From the NCBI RefSeq assembly GCF_052425735.1, contig NC_135761.1, positions 12,462,001 through 12,526,000 of the forward strand: a stretch of DNA of 64,000 nucleotides, in the 5' to 3' direction. A program made the position numbers and the translations under genes. The notes beneath the pieces are model-generated. The model ran no database searches. It had not been told where the DNA came from and was given only the letters and a program-made list of their open reading frames with translations. Below, one piece after another: positions 13,416-26,450 of this stretch (position 1 is its first letter; every line of letters starts with the position of its first letter). This DNA comes from Oculina patagonica. Lineage: Eukaryota.

Positions 13416-15770
13416 TATGTAGAATATCTCCGTTTTATTTTGCGTTAAGTTCACGTAGCTCTGCCTCAAAATTGCTGCGTTTAATATTTGGTAGAAAACG
13501 ATCGCAAGGAATGAACTTGCTTTCTCGATTTGTCAATTTGCAAAACAACGGGGGTACTTGAGCCGAGGCAGATCCTATGCACAATTTATAAATATCCTGA
13601 TGTTTTTAATCCTTCGTTTTGTACGTAAGGTGTGTTACACATTGCATTATCCTTCGATCCATTACTCTTAATCTTGCTTTTTATACACAAACTGAATATC
13701 AATACAAACAACTCATCAGCGACAAAAGAACGACATCACTCTTGGCGGGTACCTAAGAAATTTAAAATAGATCGAATTAAACTTATCGCAGAAATATTTC
13801 AACTTTGTGTTCTATTCCTTATTCAGCTTATCTTTAGCCATTCTCGTGTTTTGTATTTCGTTAATAACCTTAATCCTTTCAAACAAAGTTTCACAATACA
13901 CGAATGAATGTGGTTGTCACTGCTAGCGCAAATCGCAGTCTAAAGTACAAAGTTACGTTAGCCAGTGATCTGTAAATAGACCACCTGCCCAGCTGTTATA
14001 CAAGTTGTATTTTTTGCAATTAGCTTCAGATCTTTTAAAACAGCTGACAAAAGCCAGACTGGACCATTAACTTTCGAATTTTCTTTCATTGATGTTATTT
14101 TTTTTCAATGTCAAGGTTGGCCATGTTGTGAAACAAACAACCGGAACTAATTAGCAATCAACATTGTCATAGTGGCAATGACGTCACTTACAAACCAAGG
14201 ATTTTAATTTACTGCCTGACAAAATTGTGTAGACCGAAAGTTATTTGTCATTGCAACATTTCTTTCTAAAATAAATCAACGTGCATGCATCTAGTTGCTT
14301 GAAATAGTCCATTAGTACCGAATTAACGAAAAGTGTTATTAAAGCAAATGTACCATGACAAAAGCGAATTGAAAAAAATAGAATTTTTGGTGTGCCGAGT
14401 TTTCGCTAGCCTAAAGAATAAGGCTATGTAGAAGAAAACACAAATTTTTCTCGTTCGGATTTCTATATATAAAAAAGAGCAGGCTTGCCCTTTTTTTGTT
14501 ATTTTTATTTATTATTCTCTTGCATTCCTTACCTGTGTTTTTAGAATATCGATGTTTTTGCCTCCATCATCAAGTTCCCCAGAAGCGAACTTGCAAAATA
14601 ATTCCTGCAAATTTAATTTACCTATCCAGTACGGACCTAGCGTACCAAGGCTTTTGGCTTGAGTTCTAAACGCGGACAAAAGCCATGAATTTTCAACTAC
14701 GTACAAAGTGGAAGTAACGCCTGTTGGATTTTGTTCGTTCCAACTTTTTCAATACCAACTAATGAAAAAGAGAGGCGGCCCCAAAAAATGAAGCGGGTGG
14801 GGACGAGAAACATTTGTATTTTTTACTTGGCCTACGAAGCGGCTGTTGTTTTCGACGAGCAACCATAATCTCTGCAAGTTGAAAGCGTGCTTTATGGCGA
14901 AAAAACATGGCTCTCTGGCCTTGTGATGATTTGAGATTTTTGTCTGCCCTAGGGGAAGGGGGAACATTTACTTTGGACCAACCGTAGACAGAAGTAGTTG
15001 GAACGCTTATGTATCAGTAAATTCCAAGCGAGATCATGCTCCGGGCATTTGACCGCTATTGAGGCCCTGATAGTGGGAAATTTGATCAAACAGAAGCCCG
15101 GGATGGTCGGGCATTTGACCGTCGACAAAATGGTCATAAACTATAAAACGCTAGCGAAGTCAAGCGCGTGAAGTTAGTATTTGGCAAGGTCAGTGTAAAG
15201 TAGTTTCATCGTATCTTTTCCTATAAAAATTGGCTGATTAATAGGGCACGGGTGTCTGTTTAGACACCACGCAAAACAAGTGGCTACAAGTGTAATACCT
15301 GGCCACACGCAGGGGGTACCCTTGCTGTTTAGTTGAACCCCCCTTCTTATTATAGGCTCACTCCACGAGCGGGTAAGATGAGGTAAACTTTGCGTTGTGA
15401 TTGGCGACACGAGCAGGCAACATGGGCCTATCTTGCCTGCTCGGAATTGCCCGCGATTTAAGAGCAAGATAAAAACTTTAAACAATTAAAGTGCTTCGTG
15501 CGAGGTAGCTCGTGTGCACTCTTCTAATTTCCAACCCGTCTCTTTCTGTGCGCGATAATCAACGACGTTTCGAAGTCTGCTTTAGCGCGCGCTTTGACAT
15601 TCCCATCGAACTGTGAGAAGAACCACAAGCAACATAAGCAATTGCGCCTTGCGCTAGCGTTTCGCAGATCCTATTCCAACGCAGAAAGAAAATTTAGCTT
15701 CAGCACTCAGGCAACGGATGAGCTACTTGTCCTAGCTGAACTCGAGATATTTTCAGGAGCTCAAAGAGAA

Positions 15771-16968
15771 ATACATACATACATACATACATATACTTTA
15801 TTGACGCTCCCTAAAAAGGGTTTTTCAGCTCAATATAATAAAATTACAAATACAGATTAAAAATTTAAAAATTTAGATTAATTAAAAATATAAGTATAAT
15901 TATAATAGTTTTCAAAAAATACTGAAAGGCTAGTGCATGGACAACTTATGGAATATCTAATTAAAAACAATAAATTGGCAGTACATCAGAGCGGAAACAG
16001 AAAGCTTCACTCGACAGAAACCGCTCTGTTGTACGTTACGGATCAGTTGCTCCAGGCTATGGATAACAAGAAAGTCTCGATCATGGTTTTACTAGATATG
16101 CCTAAAGCATTTGACAGTATTCGACACGACATCTTATTATCCAAGCTGCAAAGTCTCGACTTTTCCCAGTGTGCGTTAGATTGGTTCCAAAGTTACCTAT
16201 CTGACCGACAACAGTGCGTTCGAATTGGTGATGCAGTTTCTAAAGTACTCCCACTTGAGTTCGGAGTTCCACAAGGTTCTATTTTAGGCCCAGTTCTGTT
16301 TACAATCTACGTTAACGACCTCCTTTCTGTTTCTAAACATTGTATATCTGCCTCCTATGTCGACGACTGCAAACTGTATCTGTCCTTCTCACCTGCTGAA
16401 CTATCCACGTCTATCTCTGCCTTGAACGAAGATCTCATGAGAATATCTCAGTGGTGCTGTAAACATTCCCTTTTGATCAATCCGGACAAAACTAAAGTTT
16501 TAGCCGTTGGAGTACCACAACTCTTGCAGAAACTTTCATCATTCAGTATAAGACTGCTTGATAAAGAATTAACACCTGTGCCTGTTGTTAAAGACTTAGG
16601 TGTTCATCTCGACGCATTCCTCAGTTACAACGAACATATCACTAAAACCGTTTCGAATTGTCTTCTTAAACTGAACAAATTAACAGAATCAAGCATCTGC
16701 TGGACAGGAAAACGCTTTTGTTAGTAATGAATTCCTCTGTTTTTAGTAAACTACTGTATTGTTCAACTGTTTGGAGTAACACCAGTAACAGCAATATTGC
16801 CAAGTTACAAAAAGTCCAAAATTTCGCTTGACGAATCATTTTGAGACTAAGAAAGTATGACCATATTTCGGATGGGCTGCGATCACTGAACTGGCTTCCT
16901 ATTAAAGAGAGACTCATTCTAAACGATGCAACCTTACCATGATGCACAAATGCATTAACAAACTTGTC
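15771..16968. mobile_element. CR1/L2-group LINE fragment: RT region on + (15916-16968, frameshifted near 16680, in-frame stop downstream) and 3' UTR plus (TGTA)n tail on -
   Basis: ORF 15933-16724 has RT motifs HSTETAL, LLDMPKAFDSI, GVPQGSILGPVLFTIYVND, YVDD, INPDKT and KDLGV. 15771-15915 reads on - as ..GCTGAAAAACCC..GGGAGCGTCAATAAAGTATATGTATGTATG. Confidence 0.9.
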
Positions 16969-17033
16969 ACATAAGGTAAATAAATAAATATATAAGCTTA
17001 AGGTAGAATAAAAAAATTTTCTGCCACCGAAAT

Positions 17034-17400
17034 CACAGGGCACAGAGGAGTCAAGTTTGTCCGCAGTTCAAAATCTCTACCGTGCAAAACGACCTTCAAA
17101 AGCCTTTCAAAGCGATCGTGTAAGCCGTACGTGATGATATCGATTCGTACCCTCATGTGACATCCGCAGACAGCAATGTTTGTGGGCGTTACCAGAGAGA
17201 CCAGTGCCTCGTCGGAAAGCTTCGCTCCGAAAAAATCGTCGCCCGAGGGCGACGACGCCCCAGGCGACCATGTCAGAATACGAATCACAGGCGATCTGCA
17301 AACGCGCATGACGGCGGTATCACGTACGCTTACACGATCGCTTTGAAGGTCGTGCACGGTAGGATTGTTGCGGACAAACTTGACTCCTCTGTGCCCTGTG
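17034..17400. mobile_element. MITE, probably P superfamily (CANRG termini, 7-bp TSD)
   Basis: 32-bp perfect TIR CACAGGGCACAGAGGAGTCAAGTTTGTCCGCA; TSD CCGAAAT at 17027-17033 and 17401-17407. Confidence 0.85.
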
Positions 17401-18060
17401 CCGAAATAGAAACGCTCTTTATTCCAAAAAAAAAACCCAACAAGAATAAACAGTAAGCTGGGGATGAAAAAGAAAACAGAATAGATTGGATAGATTACTA
17501 ACTCATTACTCGATAGAAAAAGGTTCAGTTTGGTGACAAACACATTTTCGGTCAAAATGAGGTCTATTTATAAGGACAATAGAATTTAAGCATTTTAATT
17601 CGGTGGATTAGAGAACATATTTCTTTTTTTCTGGTACGTCTTGAAACAATATAGAACGTTTTTGGAAAGACTTTTCTGCTTTTCCAAGACGTAATGATAC
17701 CATATAAAGTTAGGATACTGTTGGATTCTTTTAGCGTAATTAGCGTTTTCCCAGTGCTATCTTTATAACGTTTGCCATTTCATTTTCCAGTTTCTATTTC
17801 AACTAACATATCTGATCAATGATTTTAATCAGTTAAAAATTGCTGGAAAATGCTCTCAGAAGGGAATGGGAATGCTATTTTTATAGAGACGCAAGATTTG
17901 AAAATCCTCCGGGAGAGCATGCCCCCGGACCCCCCAAGAAGATCGCGCCTCGGCGCTCGTGATTTGCCCCCCAAATATATTTAACCCTGCTACGGCACTG
18001 ACTCATCTTGACTTGTGTTTCGGTGTATTTTTTATTGCAGGTATTTGTTTCATCCTTATC

Positions 18061-18561
18061 ATGGCTGTTAACCCTTGGCTTCGGATGCTGGTGTACGGTA
18101 TGCTCGGTTTTGCGTACGAGATTGCCTTCACGTCGCTCTGGGACTTTGTAGCCTCGAATTTTACCAACTTCAAGTTCAAAGGATACTCCTCTCTCTGGTC
18201 GTTCCTCATTTATGGCTCGTGTAGCTTCTGTGGAGAACAAGTGTACTTTTACACAAAAAATCGCTTGTCGACCTTTTCCCGCGGCTTGATCTACATTCAA
18301 ATGGCTTACACGTGGGAATTTGTCGGCGGCCTCATTCTGAATCAGTTCTCTGCACGCACGTGGGACTACACTCACTACAAGTATGACATCATGGGGCTGA
18401 TCGCGCTCGAGTATGCGCCGTTGTGGTTTTGTAGTGGTTTGTTACAAGAATTTTTCTACGAATATCTGTTAACGTTGTCTTTGCCGCCTGCCGTCAAGCG
18501 TATGGAAGTGAACGGAAACGAATCGTGTGCAGAGACGAATGGAAACTACAAGACAGACTGA
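18061..18561 (+). CDS. TMEM229B: Transmembrane protein 229B-like (166 aa, single coding exon)
   Basis: MAVNPWLRMLVYGMLGFAYEIAFTSLWDFV..GYSSLWSFLIYG..YTWEFVGGLILNQFSARTWDYTHYKYDIMGLIALEYAPLWF matches the TMEM229 pattern. The ATG lies 20 nt after a splice acceptor at 18040, so the ORF-track start at 17959 is intronic. Confidence 0.92.
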   Translation: MAVNPWLRMLVYGMLGFAYEIAFTSLWDFVASNFTNFKFKGYSSLWSFLIYGSCSFCGEQVYFYTKNRLSTFSRGLIYIQMAYTWEFVGGLILNQFSARTWDYTHYKYDIMGLIALEYAPLWFCSGLLQEFFYEYLLTLSLPPAVKRMEVNGNESCAETNGNYKTD

Positions 18562-19469
18562 GCTGAGCGAACGAAATATTTTTTCTAACTAATTAGACAT
18601 CGGACTTCGCGCGCTCGATTTATTCCTCTTTTCACATAGCAATCTAAATGAAATTTATGTAGCAATTAATTACTTCGAACGAAGTGCTTAACAAAAACAG
18701 CATTGATACTTTTTTTAAGGATCCTTGATATTTTATAGTTAATGATCACAGAATGTAGACCCAGTGTAGTGGAGCAAAACCTTAGCAATTGCGGATAGCT
18801 TATTTATTTTAATTTATTTTTTAGCTTTATACTTCTTTTCACTTTTTTCGATGAATATTAGGTTTTTTAGCTCAATGGAAAACCGCTCGAAATTTCACGA
18901 AAAAATTGTATTTGTAAAATAACTTAAAACGAAGTGCTTCACATACAGCATCGATAACTTTGAAGTAAATCCTTGTTGTTCTTTTTTTTTGTAATTCAAT
19001 GACCGCAGCGCAATATTGTTCTGCCAAGAGAGATCAGATGGTGACTGGTACCTTGATTGCACGTTGTCTCTAAGGTCTAAATTCTCCATACTGTTCGCCA
19101 CATATTTATTTTATTTAAAGTTTTAAGAATTTGTATACTTTGGTCGAGTATTTCTTGTTTATTGTCATTAACTATCGGCTTGACGATGTATTTATATTGT
19201 AAGGAGAATTTTAATAATGGTAAATCTTAGGAATTAAAAGCTTTCAATAAACACCAAACAAATTTCATTACTTTTCAGTTGCGGGACAAACATAGTAAGT
19301 GTTTTTTTCAATTTGTCAAATTTGCCAAAAATTATGAAAATATACTTGAAATTACCGGTATAGTGAAAGAGGTCAGTTTTGATAAATAATAAACGTTTTG
19401 TTTGTGATTTCATTCTTCTTGCAGTCGGGAAGTTTAAAGCAAATCTTTTTCCGTTCTTCGCCGAAGATA

Positions 19470-19847
19470 TTGGCCCAAACTTAAAGTCTTATGGAGAACG
19501 ATCTTTTAAAGCTGCCGCCCCCAGACTATGGAATGCGCTTCCAAAGAAACTTAAACTTATTAAATCACTTGACGTTTTTAAAAAAGAACTTAAAACATTG
19601 CTTTTTAGAGAGGCCTTTTTATATTAATCATATTTTATTTTTTAATCCAAAGTAAATTGTTAATTACTTAATTAATATTTTACTTTTTAAAATTATCAAG
19701 TCTTAGAGAGGCCATTTTATATTAATCATATTTTATTTTTTAAATTCAAAGTAAATTGTAATTTATTTAATTAATATTTTACTTTTTAACATTGTCAAGC
19801 GCCCTTGAACGTATGGAAAGGGCGCTATACAAATGATTATGATTATG

Positions 19848-19917
<70 letters not shown>
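19470..19917 (+). mobile_element. 5'-truncated L2-group LINE 3' end with (ATT)n tail and a tandemly duplicated ~100-bp 3' UTR segment
   Basis: ORF end SYGERSFKAAAPRLWNALP..SLDVFKKELKTLLF; terminal stem-loop AGCGCCCTT..AAGGGCGCT; ATT microsatellite 19835-19917. Confidence 0.85.
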
Positions 19918-19918
<1 letters not shown>

Positions 19919-20035
19919 GACTGGGGTAACCAGTATTTGAGAAAGTGGTCTTTATTTCTTTTATGTCGCGATCAAGATTTTTGGAGATGCTTTTGGCTCT
20001 GTGTAGGCTTCCTGTATTAAATTCAATTCCTCTTC
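19918..20035 (-). mobile_element. Penelope-like retroelement fragment (RT-endonuclease linker)
   Basis: Translation LHRAKSISKNLDRDIKEIKTTFSNTGYP fits the PLE linker pattern L.RA..I....E...I...F...GYP. Confidence 0.6.
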
Positions 20036-20150
20036 CAACTCTTCCACTAATTTCAAGTATATTTTCACAAATCAAACGTCTTTTCAGTCTCAAGACCAAA
20101 AAAAAAGTCTCGTCATTTGCGATGGAGAATGCTCTTGTGAATGCTCTGAC

Positions 20151-20842
20151 TTTAAAGAATTGTACGAGATGTATGAGTTTCATTCTCGTCCCCATAGCCC
20201 TTTCGTTTCTCTTAGCCGGCTTGGCACGAGAAAACGGAGGGCTCTGGGGACATAGGATTTTTGAATTAATTCGAATTTTTTTGATTGGCTGTTTGGAACA
20301 AAGAATTCCTAAACGGAAGTCGAAAACGTAACGACTCTCTCATACATTCTTTCGAAACATCATGACTGCATACATGAAGACCGGAAGTCCTAGAATCTAG
20401 GACTGGAAATCCTGTGTCCCCAGAGCCCTTTGTTTCCTCGTGCCAAGGCCCAGCCGGCTAAGAGAAACGAAAGGGCTATGGGGACGAGAATGTATGAGTT
20501 TGTGAGAGAAAAACGTGATCCCAGTCCTTTAGTTGTCGATGCGGGCGACCTGCTCAGCTCACCCAAGGAGATGATGAAGGCGGCTTACTGTGAGGGAGTT
20601 GGGTCCAATACTAAGATCACATGACCTATTGGAAGGCCGGCGAGGTTCCTAAGCCCTGGGAATGTCGAATGGGCGTGGCCTGGATGAATCGAGCCATTCA
20701 CAGCAGCGGCTTTATAAACCCACGTGAAAAAAATGAGAACTCATCCAATAACCCGAGAGTTACGTATCCTGATGATGTCATAAAAGCTATTGAGAACAGC
20801 CGTTCGTTCTACGAAAAGTTGTATTCTGCTAGAGTTAGATAA
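20151..20842 (+). pseudogene. Sulfotransfer_5 (BCAT-like N-terminal sulfotransferase domain) pseudogene, 3' half only
   Basis: FKELYEMYEF[MITE]VREKRDPSPLVVDAGDLLSSPKEMMK..YCEGVG, then frameshift and TAA near 20603-20614, then MTYWKAGEVPKPWE..WMNRAIHSSGF..FYEKLY*. Confidence 0.75.
20181..20492. mobile_element. MITE with long TIRs and 9-bp TSD inserted in the pseudogene
   Basis: TIR CATTCTCGTCCCCATAGCCCTTTCGTTTCTCTTAGCCGGC; TSD TATGAGTTT at 20172-20180 and 20493-20501. Confidence 0.9.
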
Positions 20843-22283
20843 GTGCGACCGTGGACTCCTCCTTATACCTCTCGCTTTGTTTTCGGGGGGGGGCGAAAGA
20901 AATAGTCTGCCTATTGCGGAAGTTCAAATTAGCTATTCGACGATGTCACTTTTTCCCAGTCAGGTCTGAAAATTTAGTCTTCAAGACACTGTTATAACAG
21001 AGTAACCAATAGAAAGGAGCACTAGCTCAACGAAGAATATAAAACATATTGGAACGCTTTTCATATTTCTTACAGATCAAGTTTTCTTTTCACATACTTT
21101 GATTTAATTTGGTGTTTTATTATAGAAGCAAGGTTACATTTCTACATATAAATATTATGCTACGGCACATAGTTTTTTCGGGGGACTCGTGTCCTTTTCC
21201 ATCCGTATCGAGACGTACTAGACTCAGATATCCTGTCGCCAATAAAGTTAGTTAGTTAAAGAAGACAAGAGCAGGGAGGGGAAGGAGGGGGAAGGGATAG
21301 AGGCCGGACTCATCGACAAGACCTCAAACATTCTAGTACTAAAAAGTAGCACTATATACCTACGCCTTTTACCCCGAAACAAACACAGTAAATAAATTTC
21401 AAAACTTTTCAATGTAGTACGTACTGGCAGTTTCGTTCTTGAATAATTCTCACTTCTATAATAAGTCAGAAAAATCGTAGGTGTTTGCCATGCCATTGTG
21501 TACATTTCGAATTTCAGTTCTTTATTCTGTACGTTGGACATATATACACAGATGTGTACTGTATCTTGTTTATAATGTACTCTCTAACCCGTCTTACAAT
21601 AGCTATACATATGGCGTAAGCGGGCTTCTATTCACTTGCTCGCTAGAATCAGGATAGTTTTTCAAGCTGCTGAAAATATTCCGCGGTGTAAAACAACAAA
21701 TGCAGGCAAAACCGTCTTCTCTAAGGAAGTCAGGTCTTTGCCCTTGTCAATGTATCGAGTTTTTTATTTTAGAGAATAGCAAATTGATCTCGAATTTGGG
21801 TCGACGATTTACAATGTGAAACTACCTTCTAGACAACAACAGGATTTGGCTGCCCTAAACCCTATCTTAGTTGAGTAAACAAACATTAACCCCTATCATA
21901 AGAGTAAGCTATCTTGAATCAGACGAATTCTCTACCTAAGAAGATTACGTCGATGTGCTGTCCAAAAATCCTTTGACATGGACTCGGGTCATAGTTGGAC
22001 TTTGTCGAAATTTAACTGTCGTAAACTTGTTGTTGTTGTAGTTGGTATATCAAGCGGCATAATAGACATAATATGGAAATATTTTCAGTTCTGAGATTCC
22101 TTGAAATGAAAAATGAACCAACCATTTGCGAGCAGGGGTAAGTAGTCCCCCCTCCCCTCCCCCTTCCCTTGCACGCCGCGGGATTTTATAATTACGATAC
22201 ATGTACAATTCTAAAATGTATAATTTAGTCCAGGAATATAACCGCTCTCTCAGAAGTAAAAATATCTTTGAATGTAGAGCAAA

Positions 22284-22916
22284 TTAACGCAAAATTTGCC
22301 TGAGGATACTGCCTTTCTTCCTCACTAAGTTCTTGTCTGGGTTCAGCTTGTCCAAAAGTTTGTGGAATATCGCTTCTATGTTGAGATTAAACTTGGCCGA
22401 GGTGGCGAGCCATTGGCACCTCCACTTTCCTTCCAGGTGAACGCACGCACTGATTTTAAGACCGTACGCGTTGTTAAAGGTGGGCTCCGACAAGTTTGGA
22501 ATGTCCGATTTGTTAGACACAACGATGACCGGAATTTTCCGGTTTCTGTCAGCGCAGCAGCTCTCGATTTCCTCCATGTATCTATCCAGCTTGATAAACG
22601 ACTCTGGTTTGTCAAGAGAATACACCACAATTGCTGCATCAGCTTTTTGGATGGCGATTCTTCTCATGGCAGGAAATTCGTATGTTCCTGATGTGTCGAT
22701 GATGTGCAGCTCGTAAGCTTTGTTTCTGTGAGTAATAGGCTTCACATAGAATTCCTCCACGGTTGGAACATGCTCGTGATTGTACGCTTCGCCGACAAGA
22801 TGTCGCACAATCGAACTTTTACCCACTCCTGAATCCCCGAAAATGGCTAGAGTGTACCTCTTGAAATAAACGGGCTGGTCAGATGTCCCCGTTTCCTCTA
22901 AGTGGTCTAACTGCAT
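22284..22916 (-). CDS. Ras-family small GTPase (DIRAS/RASD-like), paralogue A, 210 aa from the first ATG; no CAAX box
   Basis: G1 GDSGVGKS, G2 VPTVEEFY, G3 DTSGTYEFPAMR, G4 NKSD, G5 TSAK. The frame stays open upstream to a splice acceptor at 23053-23055. Confidence 0.9.
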   Translation of the reverse strand: MQLDHLEETGTSDQPVYFKRYTLAIFGDSGVGKSSIVRHLVGEAYNHEHVPTVEEFYVKPITHRNKAYELHIIDTSGTYEFPAMRRIAIQKADAAIVVYSLDKPESFIKLDRYMEEIESCCADRNRKIPVIVVSNKSDIPNLSEPTFNNAYGLKISACVHLEGKWRCQWLATSAKFNLNIEAIFHKLLDKLNPDKNLVRKKGSILRQILR

Positions 22917-24092
22917 TCTGGCAAAGTTGAAAATGAAGCGATTTCTGCGATTTCCGCGCAGCAAAGCTTCATGAAAATCGACCTCAAGCTTAGTTACGTT
23001 ATCCAACTGATTGTCGACAACGTAGCTTGAATAAATATTTAGAGTCAATTCACTGAAACATTATACGTGCAAGTGAGAACCTTTGACAACTTAACTGTTG
23101 CTTGTTGAGACATGAAAAAGATCAGGATCGATTGTAAGGTCGCATGCTTGATGAAGCAGTAAAACTGTCGCTAAACTCTGCTGACCACTAAATGTCCCTA
23201 TCACTTAAACTCAAGATTCGGAAGGTTTAAATCAGGGAATTTTTTTTTTTGTTTAAGCTAAGAAGATACGTGCTTTTTCTCTCTCTTTTCTCAGACTATA
23301 TTTCCTTAAAACACACCAAAACCTCGCCCTAAATTACTAAGCCGACAGTAATTTTCCGCATTCATCAAGACAAATCGGCTTAAAGCGAGAACATTTGACT
23401 CCCCAACGAGCCGTTTACAAAAATAAACTGCTATGCCAAGTTGTTTTGCTATAATTCAGTTTATCTTGTGGGAGCCTTCTGCTGAGAGTTCTCAACATCC
23501 AAAGAAATCTAATTTAAGTTCCATTAGAGTTGAATTGGAGTAGAGATGAGTGATAGGGTAATTATTTAATTAATTAACTGAAGCAGAGCATCTGAAGACT
23601 CTTGAAATTATTGCTATAGTATAACAAACGTAACAGAATAGATTATCAGATATATCATTACACATATTATTAATAGACAGAGATTCGTTGCTGGCGGGAC
23701 TCATCACGCGATGACATTATGCGAGCGCCTTGCACCCCAGGCCCATTCATTCACAATCGAGACTCTGCGGGCCTATGTCCGGGTCTTTCTACCAACGCAC
23801 AAAAAGACTCAGCGTCAACTAAGCTGAACAGATTGTGACTATCGCTTCTAGCATCTACTGCTATTTTCCTCTGTGTTATGAAAAGATCTGAGTGATACTC
23901 GCGGGCCAACCTAACCTCAGTTTGAAAGGGCGTGACAAGTCAGCACGCCAACTGATGAGTCATGATCAATCACACGTAAATAAGTTGCATTTTTGCGGAA
24001 AGGAATATCAAATATAATGGGTGAGTTTATTACATTAAATAACATGTAAATGTTATTTGATAGGAAAACCAGTCAGAGCGAAAAACAGTTCT

Positions 24093-24316
24093 CAGGAGCG
24101 GATTTGGAAGCCTTAACGTTTGGTCACAAATGCCTCCAGATTGTTGAAGGCAACAGGCAACATCTCCATCGAATCTCCACGAACTTGCATTTTTCGTCGG
24201 GGTGGGGGGCGGTGTTGGAGGGAGGTGGTGCTGGGGGTGGGGGGGGGGGGGGGGGTGCGCTCTCTCGCCACAATTTCCACGACTCCCTCTTTCTTAATTT
24301 TCTGGATCCGCTCCTG
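24093..24316. mobile_element. hAT-like MITE with 5-bp TSD
   Basis: CAGGAGCGGAT..ATCCGCTCCTG termini; flanks GTTCT / GTTCC. Confidence 0.7.
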
Positions 24317-26000
24317 GTTCCTGCAACAGTTTTGGATTCGCCACCAACGTTGGTGTGAATGTTAACTGAACTGAAGCTGCCACATGGAAGGCGGATCCTG
24401 AAAATTAAAGGACAATCCAATTTTTTCAAGTATGTCTTTCTCAATCCGTCTATTCCTTCCTAAGTCATAACCATCCTTGCTAATTTTCGTTTTTTTTTAC
24501 TTCGTTGGTATTTTCCACCATAGGAAACATTTTGTACGTGAAGAATGATTAAAAGAATTTTAGAATTTCAGTTTTTCTCCAAGACTGATGAAATCCTTAC
24601 TTATCATCGTTTGGCATAAAGACCGCGCTCTCGTACAAACTGCAGGTGATAAATGTCGTTATCTGTTTAAATCCTGTCTGATAAGTTTTGGCCATCTGTA
24701 ATGGTGAACAATCCTTGCGTATTTCCTTTGGGCTTCACTTGAACTTCAAGCTCTTATCCAAAGATCATTTTGTATGCAATTTACCCACTAACTCAAACTG
24801 TTTCTTCGGCTGTGGTAACGCGAAACAACAGGCTAAAAAATCGACTGCATTCGCAGCCAACAAATTACCGTAAAAAGTCTTGACCTACAGCCTTGTGAAC
24901 TACGCGAAACATTCTAAACCTGATTTTTCTCGCACGATTGATCAAAGCGATTACCGCCAGTTGTTAAATTTTCAAAATGCTTTCTACACATTCCGTCCAT
25001 TTGTTAACTGGTAATTTGGTTTGTATACGGGATTTATTTTGGGCTCTATCCTTAATTGGTCTTAATTTTGCCATGTAAAAAAATAATCACCTCTGCTAGG
25101 CAACGAACACTAACTTCACACCGCTTTGTCTCTGGCCTGCGCGGCTTGTGTAAAGGGGTAAGGGGGAGGGGGAAGGGGAGGGGGAGGGGGAAGAATAAAA
25201 GGAAAAGAAGGAGGCGACCCCCGCTCCCCCCCCCTCTTTTCCTTCCCCTTTTACGCCTGCAAAGCAGGCTACTTTGTCTCTTGTCTAGTTTATATTGCCA
25301 GGGCGCTTTTCGCGCCAGATTCAAAACAGAGATGGCGCGAGTTTCGAGTGAAATATTGAAAACGATACGCAGAGAGATATTGGGGTTTTGGGGTTTTTTT
25401 GCGCCACTCGCCCCAAACTACGCAGTTTGCGGTTTCATCTCGGAACGGATACCAGAATGAGATGTCATACCAGAACGAAAATTTCATTCGGAATGAAAAC
25501 CGGAATGAACTCATTCCGGGATGACTTGTGTGGAAAGGAAATTTCGTCTAGGTAACATGTAAACAGATGCAGAGAGGAAAGTATATGGAGAGGAAATGAA
25601 CTCGTTCTGGAATGAAAGTCATTCCTGCCTCATGTAAACAGCACTTTAGTTTCGCTGTCGCCTTACATGACGAAGAGCGTCCATTTTATATATATTCGTA
25701 AAGTTTGATAAAGGGATGCGAGATCACGCATTACAGAAACTATATAAAAGGCCAAGTAAAAAAAAATAATGTTCCTCCTCCCCGCCCGCTTCTCTTTTTT
25801 CATTATTTGTTATTGGAAAAATTGGAACGAACAAACACCAACAGGCGTTACTTTCACTTTGTACCAAAACCAAAGAAGAAAATCGCGAGAGCCTTCAGGC
25901 AGGATAAAAACGAAGCATTTATTAAATACTGAATCCTACTGTTAATGCACACGCACTACCTATACCTATTGAGATATATCGTATACCGCATCACGTTGTT

Positions 26001-26450
26001 CAGGCCCGGGGGGAGGGGGAGGGGGTGCGATGGGTGCGTCCGCACCCCCCCCCCCCCACGAGCCTTGGAAGTCCGCTTATTGTGATAAAAATATCAAAGT
26101 AAACAAAGAAAGGGAAGTGGTATTTCTGTGCGTCAACTATTTACATTCAATATGGTCCTTTGGGTTGAATGTCCACCATTTGTAGATTCGTGTGGTATAT
26201 TTTGTACCAAACTGTGTGATTCCTAGGTTAATTTCAATGATACATTCTACCTAATGTCCTTCACTTTAACCTGCCTTATTTCCTAACAAACTGTCTTCAA
26301 AACGCACGAATTGCTGTCTAACCTTTTTTTAACATTTGCTGGGGGAGGATACCCCTACAATTCCTACATTCTCGCGCCTGCGGCGCTCGGGATTTAGTGC
26401 CGGAGGCACTCATGCGCACCCCTCCATCCATAATCCTGGCTACGGGCCTG
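26001..26450. mobile_element. hAT-like MITE with 5-bp TSD
   Basis: CAGGCCCG..CGGGCCTG termini; TTGTT on both sides. Confidence 0.7.
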
